From positions 2,784,001 to 2,848,000 of the forward strand of contig CAVYGB010000008.1 in NCBI GenBank assembly GCA_963767925.1: DNA of 64,000 nucleotides. The letters are read 5' to 3'. Made by a program: the position numbers and the translations under genes. The DNA comes from an uncultured delta proteobacterium (GTDB taxonomy: Bacteria; Myxococcota_A; Polyangia; Fen-1088). This document shows, one piece after another, positions 21,321 through 31,077 of the stretch. Numbering within the stretch: the first letter of the stretch is position 1; the number at the start of each line of letters is the position of its first letter. The notes beneath the pieces are model-generated. The model was not told the origin of the DNA. It saw nothing but the letters and a program-made list of their open reading frames with translations, and made no database searches.

Positions 21321-23012
21321 ATGATCGGCTCGACGCTCCTCTTCCTGGCCATCTGGGCCGCGCTCAACGCCACCTTCGGCAACCGCTATCCGGCCCGGCC
21401 TCTGGAGAAGGGGCTGTATTTTTTGCTCCCCTCGGTCGACGTCTGCATCGTCCTCATGGTGCTCACGTTGCTGGGGTGGTGGCGCCGCCGCCTCATGTTC
21501 GGGGCCCTGCTGGGGCTGGCGGCCTTCGCCACCTTCGTGCGCCTCTACCGGCTCTCCGACGGCATCATCCACAAGAACTACTTTCGCGAGCTGCGGCTGT
21601 ACCTCGATGTGCCGATGGTGCCCGAGCTGTGGCGGCTGCTGCGCTCGACCGAGCCGATGCCGCTGCTGCTGGGCGGGGTGGTGCTGCTGGCGGTCTTGCT
21701 GTCGGGCATGATCCTGCTGACCTACGGCGCGCTCGCCTACCAGCAGGCCTATCTGGCCCGGGGCTGGCGGCAGCGGGGCGTGTTCCTGGTGGTGCTGGCC
21801 CTCTTCGTCGGGCTGTCCCCGCTGTTCCCCGCCGGCGGCGAGGCGGTGGACGTGCGCCACGGCCTGTTCACCCGCAGCCTGGCCATCAAGGGGGTGGAGC
21901 AATACCGGGACGTCACCTCGGCCGCCACCTTCCGGCGGGCCAAGATGATCGAGATCCGGACGGTGCAGGATCACCTCCAGGCCGTCCCCTCCGATCTCGC
22001 GCTGCTCAAGAAGTCCGACTTCCTCCTGTTCCTGGTGGAGTCTTACGGCAGCGCCGTCTTCCGCCAGCGGGCCATGGCCGGGACCGGGTGCCCCAACCTA
22101 GAGGAGTTCTCGGGCTCGCTGAGCGCCAAGGGCTACCACATGGCCTCGAAGTACATCCTCTCGACCACTTACGGCGGCGGCTCCTGGTTCGCCCACTCCA
22201 CCCTGCGCACGGGGGTGGCCATCCGCGACGCGCTCGAGTTCGCCCTCATCTTGCACCGCAAGCCGGCCCCCACCACCATGGCCGAGCTGTTCAAGCAGGC
22301 CGGCTACCGCACGGTGCTGGTCCAGCCCGGCACCACCCGCCCCTGGCCCGAGGGGCTCGTGCACGGGTTCGAGCAGCGCTACTACTCGTTCCACCTCGAC
22401 TACGAGGGGCCCACCTTCGGCTGGGCCACCATGCCGGATCAATACGTGATGCACGTGATCCACAACAAGGAGATGGAGCGGGCCCGCGGTCCCCTGTTCG
22501 TCGAATACGCCCTCGTCTCCTCCCATGCCCCCTGGACGCCGGTCCCGGTGGCGGTCGACGACTGGTCCAAGCTCGACAAGGGCCGCATCTTCAAGAACTC
22601 GCCCGGCGTCCGCTTTCCCGTGAGCTGGACCAACATGGAGGAGGGGGCGGTCGCCTACGCCTATTCGCTCTGTTACGACTTCGACGTGATGAGGCGGTAC
22701 ATCAGCGAGCGGATCACCCGGGACTCCTTCGTGGTCATCCTCGGCGACCATCAGCCCTCGGGCGCCATCACCTACGATGACCCCTCCTGGGCGGTCCCCC
22801 TGCACGTCATCAGCCGCGATCGCGAGCTCATCGAACGGTTCGTCGGCGCCGGCTACACGCCCGGCATGGTCCCGGGCGGGAGCGCCGACAGCTTGTCGAT
22901 GAAGGGGCTGCAGACGATGCTGATCGAGTTTCTCACCCTGCTCTCGACGCCGGGGCCCTCGACCGCCCTCGACGCGGGCGCCGACCCGAAGGCGGCGGGC
23001 CACGATCCCTGA
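21321..23012 (+). CDS. Second membrane-anchored sulfatase/LTA-synthase-like protein (start may be as early as 21222)
   Basis: LVESYG, TYGGGSWFAH, MPDQY, SSHAPW, GDHQP. Confidence 0.85.
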   Translation: MIGSTLLFLAIWAALNATFGNRYPARPLEKGLYFLLPSVDVCIVLMVLTLLGWWRRRLMFGALLGLAAFATFVRLYRLSDGIIHKNYFRELRLYLDVPMVPELWRLLRSTEPMPLLLGGVVLLAVLLSGMILLTYGALAYQQAYLARGWRQRGVFLVVLALFVGLSPLFPAGGEAVDVRHGLFTRSLAIKGVEQYRDVTSAATFRRAKMIEIRTVQDHLQAVPSDLALLKKSDFLLFLVESYGSAVFRQRAMAGTGCPNLEEFSGSLSAKGYHMASKYILSTTYGGGSWFAHSTLRTGVAIRDALEFALILHRKPAPTTMAELFKQAGYRTVLVQPGTTRPWPEGLVHGFEQRYYSFHLDYEGPTFGWATMPDQYVMHVIHNKEMERARGPLFVEYALVSSHAPWTPVPVAVDDWSKLDKGRIFKNSPGVRFPVSWTNMEEGAVAYAYSLCYDFDVMRRYISERITRDSFVVILGDHQPSGAITYDDPSWAVPLHVISRDRELIERFVGAGYTPGMVPGGSADSLSMKGLQTMLIEFLTLLSTPGPSTALDAGADPKAAGHDP

Positions 23013-23093
23013 TCCCCCCGCTCGGCGCGGCGGCGGCGGCGCAGCGGCGGGTCGCCGTGGGTTCCGTCTGGACGGACGGGCCCGCGGGTCTGC

Positions 23094-23888
23094 ATGATGG
23101 CGCCCATGCCGCTCGGCAACAACATCGTCCCGCGGGTCTGGGGCGTCACGCGATCGCTGCTCATGTATTACGGCGTGCCGGGCAAGCACCGCCGGATGCT
23201 CCGCTTTTACCGCCAGTTCCTGCAGCCCGGTGAGCTCGGCTTCGATCTGGGGGCCCACGTTGGCAACCGGATCCGCGTCTGGCGGCAGCTCGGCGCGCGG
23301 GTGCTGGCGGTGGAGCCGCAGCCGGACTGCCTGCGCGTCCTGCGGTTCCTCTACGGGAAGGACAGCGCCGTCACCATCACCCCGGTCGCGGTGGGCGCCG
23401 CCAAGGGCCGGGCCAAGCTGGCCATCTCGTCCGCCACCCCCACCGTCTCGACCCTGTCGAAGGACTGGATGGCCGCGGTGGCCTCCGCGCCGGCCGGGCT
23501 GCTGCCGGTGCGCTGGGACGATTCCCTCGAGGTCGAGGTCACCACCCTCGACAGCCTCATCGCCGCCCACGGTGAGCCCGCCTTCTGCAAGATCGACGTC
23601 GAGGGGTTCGAGGCGGAGGTGCTGGCCGGCCTCTCCTCGCCGGTGCGGGCCCTCTCCTTCGAGTACCTCCCCTTCGATCACGACGGCACCTTGCGCACGC
23701 TCGAGCAGGTGGAGCGGCTGGGGGGCGGGACCTCCGGCTACGAATACAACTACTCGCCGATCGAGACCATGCGTTTCGCGGCGGACACCTGGCTGGATGC
23801 CCGCGGCCTGCAGGGGCTGCTCGATGGGTTCCGGAGCAAGGGCCGCTCGGGCGACGTGTACGCCCGCCGCAAGAGCGGCCCCTCCTAG
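23094..23888 (+). CDS. FkbM-family methyltransferase
   Basis: FDLGAHVG, AVEPQP, TTLDSL, KIDVEGFE. Confidence 0.92.
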   Translation: MMAPMPLGNNIVPRVWGVTRSLLMYYGVPGKHRRMLRFYRQFLQPGELGFDLGAHVGNRIRVWRQLGARVLAVEPQPDCLRVLRFLYGKDSAVTITPVAVGAAKGRAKLAISSATPTVSTLSKDWMAAVASAPAGLLPVRWDDSLEVEVTTLDSLIAAHGEPAFCKIDVEGFEAEVLAGLSSPVRALSFEYLPFDHDGTLRTLEQVERLGGGTSGYEYNYSPIETMRFAADTWLDARGLQGLLDGFRSKGRSGDVYARRKSGPS

Positions 23889-23889
23889 C

Positions 23890-24897
23890 TCAGAAGCGAC
23901 CGCGGAGGCCGAGGCCGGCCGGGTGGATCGCCAGCGAGAGGCCCGGGCCGGAGGCCGCCGCGGTCGTGTCGTTGCCGGAGCGCATGAGCAGGATGAGCGC
24001 CGTGGTCAGGCCGGCGGCCCCCACGCCGTAGCCGACGAACTGGAGCATGTTGTACCGCTTGCCCGTCTTCTCGGTGGCGGCGTTGTACTCGCGCTCGACC
24101 TCGGCGAACTTGTTGCCCGCCAGGTACGCGAAGGTGCCGCCGGTGATGAGCCCGGCCACCCCCACCGCGCCGATCACGTAGGCGCCGGTGCGGCTGCCGC
24201 CCGAGGGGGGAGCCCCGGCGCTGACGTCGAACGACGGCGAGAGCTGGGCCTGCCCGGGCGGCTGCATCTGTTGCGGCGGCTGCATCTGTTGCGGCGGCAT
24301 CGGCTGCTGCTGCGGCGGGTAACCCCAGGCCGGAGGGGGACCGCCCTGTCCCGGGGGTGGGTAGCCGGGCGGCGGACCATACGCGCCCGCGGGCGCGCCG
24401 GGCGGCGGGGGCGGCGGGGCCTGCGCCGGGTAGCCGGGCGGCGGCGGCGGCGCGCCGGGGGGCGCCCAGGCCGGCGGCGCGCCAGGCGGGGGGGCACCGG
24501 GCGGCGGGCCACCGGGCGGCGGCGCGCCGGGGGCCGCGGCCTGCTGCCTCTGGGCCTCCAGCTCGCCGAGCAGCGCCCGGAACTCGCGGCGCCTGTTCGC
24601 GTCCAGCTTGGCCTGGGCCAGGCAGTCGCGCAGGTTCTTGACCGCCTCGTCGTTGCGCCCGAGCCGGTAATGGCACCGGCCGATCTCGCACATGTACATG
24701 GGGTTGCGGGTGGAGACGGCCAGGTCGACGTAGCTGGCCAGCGCCTCCTCGTATTTGCCCGCGTAGAACTGGCGGGCCGCCGCCGTCTCGCGCGGATCGG
24801 CCGCCCGCGCCGCCGGCGACGCCGCGACCAGGAGGGCGAGGGCCGCGAGCGCCGGGATGCAGCGATCCAGCTTGGATGTCGAAATACGACGGCTCAT
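23890..24897 (-). CDS. Secreted TPR + Pro/Gln-rich protein with C-terminal hydrophobic helices
   Basis: Signal peptide, TPR-like helices, PPPG repeats, an 18-bp tandem duplication at 24257-24292, terminal GLRGRF. Confidence 0.8.
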   Translation of the reverse strand: MSRRISTSKLDRCIPALAALALLVAASPAARAADPRETAAARQFYAGKYEEALASYVDLAVSTRNPMYMCEIGRCHYRLGRNDEAVKNLRDCLAQAKLDANRRREFRALLGELEAQRQQAAAPGAPPPGGPPPGAPPPGAPPAWAPPGAPPPPPGYPAQAPPPPPPGAPAGAYGPPPGYPPPGQGGPPPAWGYPPQQQPMPPQQMQPPQQMQPPGQAQLSPSFDVSAGAPPSGGSRTGAYVIGAVGVAGLITGGTFAYLAGNKFAEVEREYNAATEKTGKRYNMLQFVGYGVGAAGLTTALILLMRSGNDTTAAASGPGLSLAIHPAGLGLRGRF

Positions 24898-24950
24898 TGC
24901 GCCGTCTTAGCCCAGGTCTCTCGCGAGAATCAAGAATCTTCGCCTAGTAT

Positions 24951-26744
24951 ATGCCCAGCGTGAGCACGGAGCTGTTACCCGGGGCTCGTCCGGCGGAGGT
25001 CTTGGCCGGAGCGGACGGCGAGCGCATCGGAAAGTACGAGATCGTCCGGGTCATCGCCCGCGGTGGCACCGCCACGGTCTACGAGGCGGTCGATCCCGAC
25101 CTGGGACGGCGGGTGGCGGTCAAGGTGCTGCGGGAAGGGACCATCGATCGGCTGCGCCTCGAGGCCACCGCCGCCGCGCGCCTGCACCACCCCAACATCG
25201 TGACCGTGCACGAGGTGGGGCCGAACTTCATCGTGATGGACTACATCCCCGGGCGCACGCTGGCGGTGGCGATGCCGCCGCTGCCGCTGGCCCAGCGGGT
25301 TCAGCTCATCGCCACGGTGGCCCGCGCCGTCGACCACGCCCACACCCAGGGGGTCGTCCACCGCGACCTCAAGCCGGGCAACATCCTCATGCAGACCGAC
25401 GGGCGGATCGTGCTCACCGACTTCGGTCTGGCCAAGATCAGCGGCGGCGAGGATCTCACCGTCACCGGCGGCGTGATGGGGACGCCGCAATACATGGCCC
25501 CCGAACAGGTGCGGGGCAAGGGCTTCGGCACGCCGGTCGACGTCTGGGCCCTCGGGGTCCTGCTCTACGTCGCCACCTGCGGGCGCCACCCGTTCGACGC
25601 CGACTCCGTGCTCGACATCTACGATCAGATCACCCGGCGGGAGCCCACCCCGCTGCGCGGGCCCCTGGGCGCCATCTGCGCCAAGGCGATGGAGAAGGAG
25701 CCGCGGCGGCGGTACCCCCACGCCGCCGCGCTGGCCGACGATCTGGACCGCTACCTGCGGGGCCAGCCGGTCTCGGTCTCGCAGATCTGGCCGCGCCTGC
25801 GGCGGCGGTTGCCGCTGGCGGCGGGCGCCCTGGCCGCCCTCACCCTGGCCGGGGGCCTGTACCTGCAGCACCGGGCCGCCGTGCGGGCGGCGCGCGAATC
25901 GTCCTTCGCCCCGGCCGAGGCGCGCCTGGCGAAGTACCAGATCGGGGAGGACGCCGCCACCGCCGCGCTCGAGCGCGAGCCCAACAACGTCAAGCACCTG
26001 ATCGCCCGCAGCCAGTCCCGGCAGGCCCGCGCCGACTACGGACGGGACCACGGCCGCAACCCCCTGCTCGACTACGCTCGGGCGGAGGAGGACGCCCGCA
26101 GCGCCATCACCGCCGATCCGCAGTCGAGCCAGGCCTGGCTGCAGCTCAGCCGGGTCAAGACCCAGCGCGGGGTCTACCAGAGCCGCTACGGGCTCGACCC
26201 CCTCGAGGAGCTCGCCGCCGCGGAGGCCGACCTCATCCAGGCCAACCTCCCCTCGCTCGAGTTCCGGCGCTGGCGGGGCAACCTGCGCTTCCACCGCGGG
26301 GCCTATCTCGCCCGCATCGGCAACCAGACCGACGCCCACAAGGACTTCACTCAGGCCGAGGCCGACTTCAGCCCGGCGGCCGATCCCGACGCTTTCATGC
26401 GGCGGGGGTGGGTGCGGGCGGCCCTCGGCAAGTTCGACCTCGCCGACCAGGACTTCGCCATCGCGCTCGACGCCAAGCCCCGCAACGCCTGGGCCTGGAC
26501 TCGCCGGGGCGAAGCCCGGCTGCAGGCCGGCGACCTCGACGCCGCCCACCGCTTCCTCAGCGATTCGATCCGCATCGATCCGACCCGGGCTGACTCCTGG
26601 GAGCAGCGGGGGCACGTCCGCTTTGCCCGGGGCGCCCTGGCCGACGCCGTCACCGACTTCAAGCAGGCCATCCTGCTCAACCCGGCCATCGCCCCCTTGC
26701 TCGCCGATCGCCTGCGCGAGGCCGAGCTGGGCCGCCGCCCCTGA
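24951..26744 (+). CDS. Ser/Thr protein kinase with TM helix and C-terminal TPRs
   Basis: VAVK, HRDLKPGN, DFGLAK, GTPQYMAPEQ; TPR repeats. Confidence 0.93.
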   Translation: MPSVSTELLPGARPAEVLAGADGERIGKYEIVRVIARGGTATVYEAVDPDLGRRVAVKVLREGTIDRLRLEATAAARLHHPNIVTVHEVGPNFIVMDYIPGRTLAVAMPPLPLAQRVQLIATVARAVDHAHTQGVVHRDLKPGNILMQTDGRIVLTDFGLAKISGGEDLTVTGGVMGTPQYMAPEQVRGKGFGTPVDVWALGVLLYVATCGRHPFDADSVLDIYDQITRREPTPLRGPLGAICAKAMEKEPRRRYPHAAALADDLDRYLRGQPVSVSQIWPRLRRRLPLAAGALAALTLAGGLYLQHRAAVRAARESSFAPAEARLAKYQIGEDAATAALEREPNNVKHLIARSQSRQARADYGRDHGRNPLLDYARAEEDARSAITADPQSSQAWLQLSRVKTQRGVYQSRYGLDPLEELAAAEADLIQANLPSLEFRRWRGNLRFHRGAYLARIGNQTDAHKDFTQAEADFSPAADPDAFMRRGWVRAALGKFDLADQDFAIALDAKPRNAWAWTRRGEARLQAGDLDAAHRFLSDSIRIDPTRADSWEQRGHVRFARGALADAVTDFKQAILLNPAIAPLLADRLREAELGRRP

Positions 26745-26817
26745 AAAGAGCGCGGGCGGCCCCTCCGCACCGTGAGGTGCGAAAGAGCCGCCCGCTGGTT
26801 GCGCCCGTCATCGCCCG

Positions 26818-27831
26818 CTACGGCACCGGCGTCGGGGTGCGCGACGGGTCGGGGGTCGGCAGCGTGGGGTCGGCCGGCCGGGTCGGGTCGGGCGCCCTCA
26901 TGGGGTCGGGCGCGGTCGGGTCGGGCGCCCTCATGGGGTCGGGCACCGGCACCGGTTCGGGCGTCGGCACCGGCACCGGGCGGCGGCCCTGCAGCGCGCG
27001 CTCGTCGGTCGTCGGGTTGGCGGCCCGGCCGCCGGAGGTGTCCTGGAGCTGCTTGGCGTGCTCCAGGTGCCGCTCGACCGAGGTCTGGAGGTCGGTCAGC
27101 AGGGCGTCGAACTCGGGCTGATCGACCTTGTCCTTCGAGGTCTCGAGGAGCTGCAGCGCCTCCTCGTGACCCTTCTGCATCGCGGTCACGAACCCGCGAT
27201 CGAACCTGGCCCCCTTGAGAGCCTTCAACTTGGCCACCTTCTGCTTGCTGCTGGCGTCGAGGGCGACGGGGGCCGGACCGGGTTCGGCCGTGCCCGCGGC
27301 GGGCGCCGCCGGCGCGGACGTCGTCAACAGGATGTTGTTCTTTGTCGCGAACTCGACGACCTTGCGGTCGGCCGCCTCGTGATCTTCGACGAGCTGGCGG
27401 CCGTAGCCCTTGATCTCCTCGTTGGTGCCGCGCTCTTCGGCCACCTTTCCGGCGGCGATCTCGAGCGCGTTCACCTTGCGGATCTCGGTGAGGGACCGCC
27501 TGGCCTCCTCCATCTGCACCGACGTCAGCTCGGTGCGGGCCGTGCCCAGCGGAGCGGCCTCACCGCGGACGGGCTCCTCCGCCGGGATGGTGGGCGGCGG
27601 CGGCGTGACCTGGTTGCCCGGCATGCCGGGTGTGTTGGCGCTCGGAGTGGCCCCCGGCGTTGTCGCAGGATTGGTGGCGCTCGGGGTGGCGCTCGGGTTC
27701 GTGGCGGCGCCCGGGTTGGCGGCCGGCGGGCTCTCGTACGACCGCTCGCTGCGGTTGCAGGAGGCCGCGAAACCCAGCAGGCCGAGGCACATCGCGCCCG
27801 CCAGGGTGTTGCGAAATGGGAACTTGGTCAT
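26818..27831 (-). CDS. DUF4142 (ferritin-like fold) lipoprotein with Pro-rich tails
   Basis: Lipobox FAASC; EIAAGKVA, LVEDH, FDRGFVTAMQKGH, HLEHA. Confidence 0.85.
   Translation of the reverse strand: MTKFPFRNTLAGAMCLGLLGFAASCNRSERSYESPPAANPGAATNPSATPSATNPATTPGATPSANTPGMPGNQVTPPPPTIPAEEPVRGEAAPLGTARTELTSVQMEEARRSLTEIRKVNALEIAAGKVAEERGTNEEIKGYGRQLVEDHEAADRKVVEFATKNNILLTTSAPAAPAAGTAEPGPAPVALDASSKQKVAKLKALKGARFDRGFVTAMQKGHEEALQLLETSKDKVDQPEFDALLTDLQTSVERHLEHAKQLQDTSGGRAANPTTDERALQGRRPVPVPTPEPVPVPDPMRAPDPTAPDPMRAPDPTRPADPTLPTPDPSRTPTPVP
26881..26946. repeat. 33-bp tandem duplication inside the CDS (PDPMRAPDPT twice)
   Basis: GGTCGGGTCGGGCGCCCTCATGGGGTCGGGC repeated at 26881 and 26914. Confidence 0.85.
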
Positions 27832-28000
27832 GGTTCTTTTCTCCCTTCCTGCGCGCCAACCTGCGGCTGTCACCGGACGCGCGAAATGGGGAGGGACGCT
27901 GAACGGAAGCCGTCCTGCGCTGGATCGATGTTGCCCCCGTCGGGGGCGAATTATCTGCGCCGACCGCAAGGATCGGCGAGGACAGCGAAATCGCGGGCGG

Positions 28001-28489
28001 TCAGCCGCGGGCGCGCCGGCAGCGCTCGCACAGGCCGAACAGCTCGTGCCGGTGGTGGCTCAGCTCGAACCCGTGCTGGCCCGCGACGGACTCCTGCAGC
28101 TCCTCGATCCGCTCGCTCATGAACTCGACGATCAGGCCGCAGCGCTCGCACACCAGGTGATCGTGGTGGGCGCGGCCGAGCGCGACCTCGTACAGCGTGG
28201 TGCCCGAGCCGAAGTCGCGGGCGTGGGCCAGCCCCGCTTCCGCGAGCAGGCGCATCGTCCGGTAGACGGTCGCCATGCCGACGCTCGGGTTCTTCCGGCG
28301 CACCCGTTCGAGGATCGACTCGAGGTTGACGTGCTCGCGGGCGGCCAGGAACGTGTCGACGACCAGATCGCGCACCTTGGATTCGTGGAGGCCTTTCGCC
28401 TTCAGGTAGGCGCGCAGCGGGCGTTTGACCTCCTTGGCATCTCGCAGCGAGCCGCCTTCCGCCTTGTCGGGTCCACTCACCCTGGCCAT
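28001..28489 (-). CDS. fur: Fur-family transcriptional regulator (Cys-containing)
   Basis: ATVYRTM, HHDHLVCERCG, terminal CERC; GAAGGAAGG RBS. Confidence 0.9.
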   Translation of the reverse strand: MARVSGPDKAEGGSLRDAKEVKRPLRAYLKAKGLHESKVRDLVVDTFLAAREHVNLESILERVRRKNPSVGMATVYRTMRLLAEAGLAHARDFGSGTTLYEVALGRAHHDHLVCERCGLIVEFMSERIEELQESVAGQHGFELSHHRHELFGLCERCRRARG

Positions 28490-28637
28490 GCCCTTCCTTC
28501 TAGCAAATCTCCGCGCGTCCCGCTGTAGGTCTGGTCGGTAACCGGCCTCCGGGCAGATGCCGTGATCCACGGCCCTCGCCCGCTCAAGGTTGGGCGACAC
28601 CTTCCGTATCAGGTACTGGGGGCGGGAGGGGGTAGAG

Positions 28638-29426
28638 ATGGCGTTCGAGGCGTTCGTCGCGGCCGGGAGAGCCCGGGGCGACCGGGCAAGGCGGGTGGGG
28701 CTGATGGTGTCGCTGGCGCTGCACCTGCCGCCGGTGGCGCTGTTCGCGCTGCAACTGGTCGTCCGCCCGGTCCTGGTGGAGCGCATCGAGGAGCCACCCG
28801 GCGCGGCCCCGGTGGTGCCGGTCCGCATCGCGGGCCTGTTTGCCCGGCCGCGGGCCCTGGTCGAGCCCGCCCCGCCCGAGCCGCGGGTGCTGCGCGAGGC
28901 CGCGCCCCGCAAGCGGGCCGGACACACCCCCGCCAGCTCGCCGGTCAGCCGCCGGCCCCCGGCGCTCGAGCTGGCCAAGGGCGGAGCGGTGCTGGTGCGC
29001 GAGCCGGTGGCCCCCCCAGCGGAGGTCGCCGACCTGGAGCGGGCCGCCGCCGCCTTCCGCAGCGCGATCCTCGGGCCGACGGCCGACCTTCCGGCGCAGC
29101 CCGGTGACCCCGAGGGAGCTCTCATCCCGGGGCCTGCCCAGGAGCTGTCGGCCGGCGCGGCCGCCTACCTGCGCACCTACGAGACCTTCCCTTCCCTGCC
29201 CGACGGCTCCTGGTCCTGGACCCGGCGGACCTACGTGTTCCACCTGCAGGTCTGCGTGACGGAGAGCGGGCAGGTCGACGACGTGGTCATGCAGCGCGGG
29301 ACCCGGCCCGATCTCGACGCCCACCTCAGCCGGGCGGTGCGGACCTGGCGCTACCGGCCCTGGATCGTGTCCGGCTCGGCGCGTCCCTTCTGCCACCCCA
29401 TGCGCATCACCTACAGCCGGGGCTGA
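28638..29426 (+). CDS. TonB-family energy transducer-like protein
   Basis: N-terminal TM with SLALH, Pro-rich linker, TonB C-terminal-like VCVTESGQV...AVRTWRYRP. Confidence 0.75.
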   Translation: MAFEAFVAAGRARGDRARRVGLMVSLALHLPPVALFALQLVVRPVLVERIEEPPGAAPVVPVRIAGLFARPRALVEPAPPEPRVLREAAPRKRAGHTPASSPVSRRPPALELAKGGAVLVREPVAPPAEVADLERAAAAFRSAILGPTADLPAQPGDPEGALIPGPAQELSAGAAAYLRTYETFPSLPDGSWSWTRRTYVFHLQVCVTESGQVDDVVMQRGTRPDLDAHLSRAVRTWRYRPWIVSGSARPFCHPMRITYSRG

Positions 29427-29529
29427 ACCCCCGGCGCCCGGGCGCCATCGGGAAAAATCGTTCTCGAATCGAGGGCGCGCCCCGTCAAGATGGTTGACGG
29501 CACCCCCCGGCTTCGACGAGACAGAAGGC

Positions 29530-31077
29530 ATGACCTACCCAGCTCGCGCCTGTGCCCCTGTCCTGGTCGCCTGCTCCCTCTGGCTGTTCGCAGCACCGCT
29601 CCCCGCCCGCGCGGACGCCATCGGCGCCTTCGAGGCGGCCTCCGACGTGGGGCAGGTGCACGCCCCCGGCTCCTCGCAGTTCGAGGCGGCCCGCGACGAA
29701 TATCGGCTCACCGGCGGCGGCGCGAACATGTGGGAGACCCAGGACGGGTTTCATTTCCTGTCGAAGAAGCTGACCGGCGATCTGACCCTGCGGGCGGCGG
29801 TCGCCTTCCCCGACAAGAAGGGGAACGCCCACCGCAAGGCCGGCTTGCTGGTGCGCCAGACCCTCGACGCCGATTCGCCCTACGCCGACGCCATCGTGCA
29901 CGCCGACGGGCTCGTGTCGCTGCAATACCGCCTGCAAAAGGGCGGACCCACCCTCGAGATCCAGTCGCCCTGGAAGCTGAAAGCCACGGGGAAGGCGCGG
30001 GCCACCCTCCAGCTCGAGCGGCACGGGGACGTCTTTTCGCTCTCGGTGGCGCCCGACGGCAAGACCTTCCGGCCGGTGGGCGCGGTGAGCGTGCCGCTCG
30101 GCGGGCAGACCGAGCCGGTCCACGTCGGCCTGGCGGTCTGCTCCCACGAGGCGACCGCCCTGGCCAGCGCCGTCTTCACCGGGGTGGCGCTCGAGAACGC
30201 CGGCCCGGTGGCGGAGAAGGCGCGGGTGCTGGAGAGCCGGCTCGAGACCATCACCATCCCCGGCGGCCAGCGCCAGTTGGTCTACCAGACCCGCGATCAC
30301 ATCGAGGCGCCGAACTGGTCGCGCGACGGGCGCACCCTGCTGTTCAACGGCGGCGGCAAGCTCTACACCATCCCGGTCAAGGGCGGCACACCCACCCAGC
30401 TCGACACCGGCGACGCCGCCAAGCTCAACAACGACCACGGCTATTCACCGGACGGCAAGACCCTGGTCGTCAGCCACGAGCCGGCCGGCACCTCGCTGAT
30501 CTACGTCCTGCCCGCCAAGGGCGGGCCGCTCCGCCAGGTCACCGCGCTGGGGCCCTCGTACTGGCACGGCTGGTCGCCCGACGGCAAGACGCTGGCCTAC
30601 TGCGCGAGCCGGAACGACGAATACGACATCTACACGATCGCCACCAGCGCGGATAACTCCAAGGAAGAGAAGCGCCTCACGACCAGCCCCGGCCTCGACG
30701 ACGGCCCCGACTACTCGCACGACGGCAAGAGCATCTACTTCAACTCGGAGCGGACCGGGCAGATGCACATCTTCCGCATGAAGACCGACGGCTCCGAGCA
30801 GACCCAGATCACCTCCGAGGACGCCTGGGCCGACTGGTTCCCCCACCCCTCTCCCTCGGGCAAGTGGATGGTGTTCCTCTCCTACGAGAAGGGGGTCAAG
30901 GGCCACCCGCCCAACAAGGACGTGGCCCTGCGGCTGCTGCCCCTGGGCGGCAAGGCCAAGGCCGAGCCCCGGCTGCTGACCCGCCTGTTCGGCGGGCAGG
31001 GGACGATCAACGTCCCGTCCTGGTCGCCCGACAGCCGCTCGGTCGCCTTCGTCAGCTACCGGCTGGTCAAGCCCTGA
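29530..31077 (+). CDS. Secreted TolB-like PD40 beta-propeller protein with N-terminal beta-sandwich
   Basis: Signal peptide; repeated WSRDG/YSPDG/WSPDG, DGPDYS, WFPHPSP, GGQGTINVPSWSPD. Confidence 0.88.
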   Translation: MTYPARACAPVLVACSLWLFAAPLPARADAIGAFEAASDVGQVHAPGSSQFEAARDEYRLTGGGANMWETQDGFHFLSKKLTGDLTLRAAVAFPDKKGNAHRKAGLLVRQTLDADSPYADAIVHADGLVSLQYRLQKGGPTLEIQSPWKLKATGKARATLQLERHGDVFSLSVAPDGKTFRPVGAVSVPLGGQTEPVHVGLAVCSHEATALASAVFTGVALENAGPVAEKARVLESRLETITIPGGQRQLVYQTRDHIEAPNWSRDGRTLLFNGGGKLYTIPVKGGTPTQLDTGDAAKLNNDHGYSPDGKTLVVSHEPAGTSLIYVLPAKGGPLRQVTALGPSYWHGWSPDGKTLAYCASRNDEYDIYTIATSADNSKEEKRLTTSPGLDDGPDYSHDGKSIYFNSERTGQMHIFRMKTDGSEQTQITSEDAWADWFPHPSPSGKWMVFLSYEKGVKGHPPNKDVALRLLPLGGKAKAEPRLLTRLFGGQGTINVPSWSPDSRSVAFVSYRLVKP

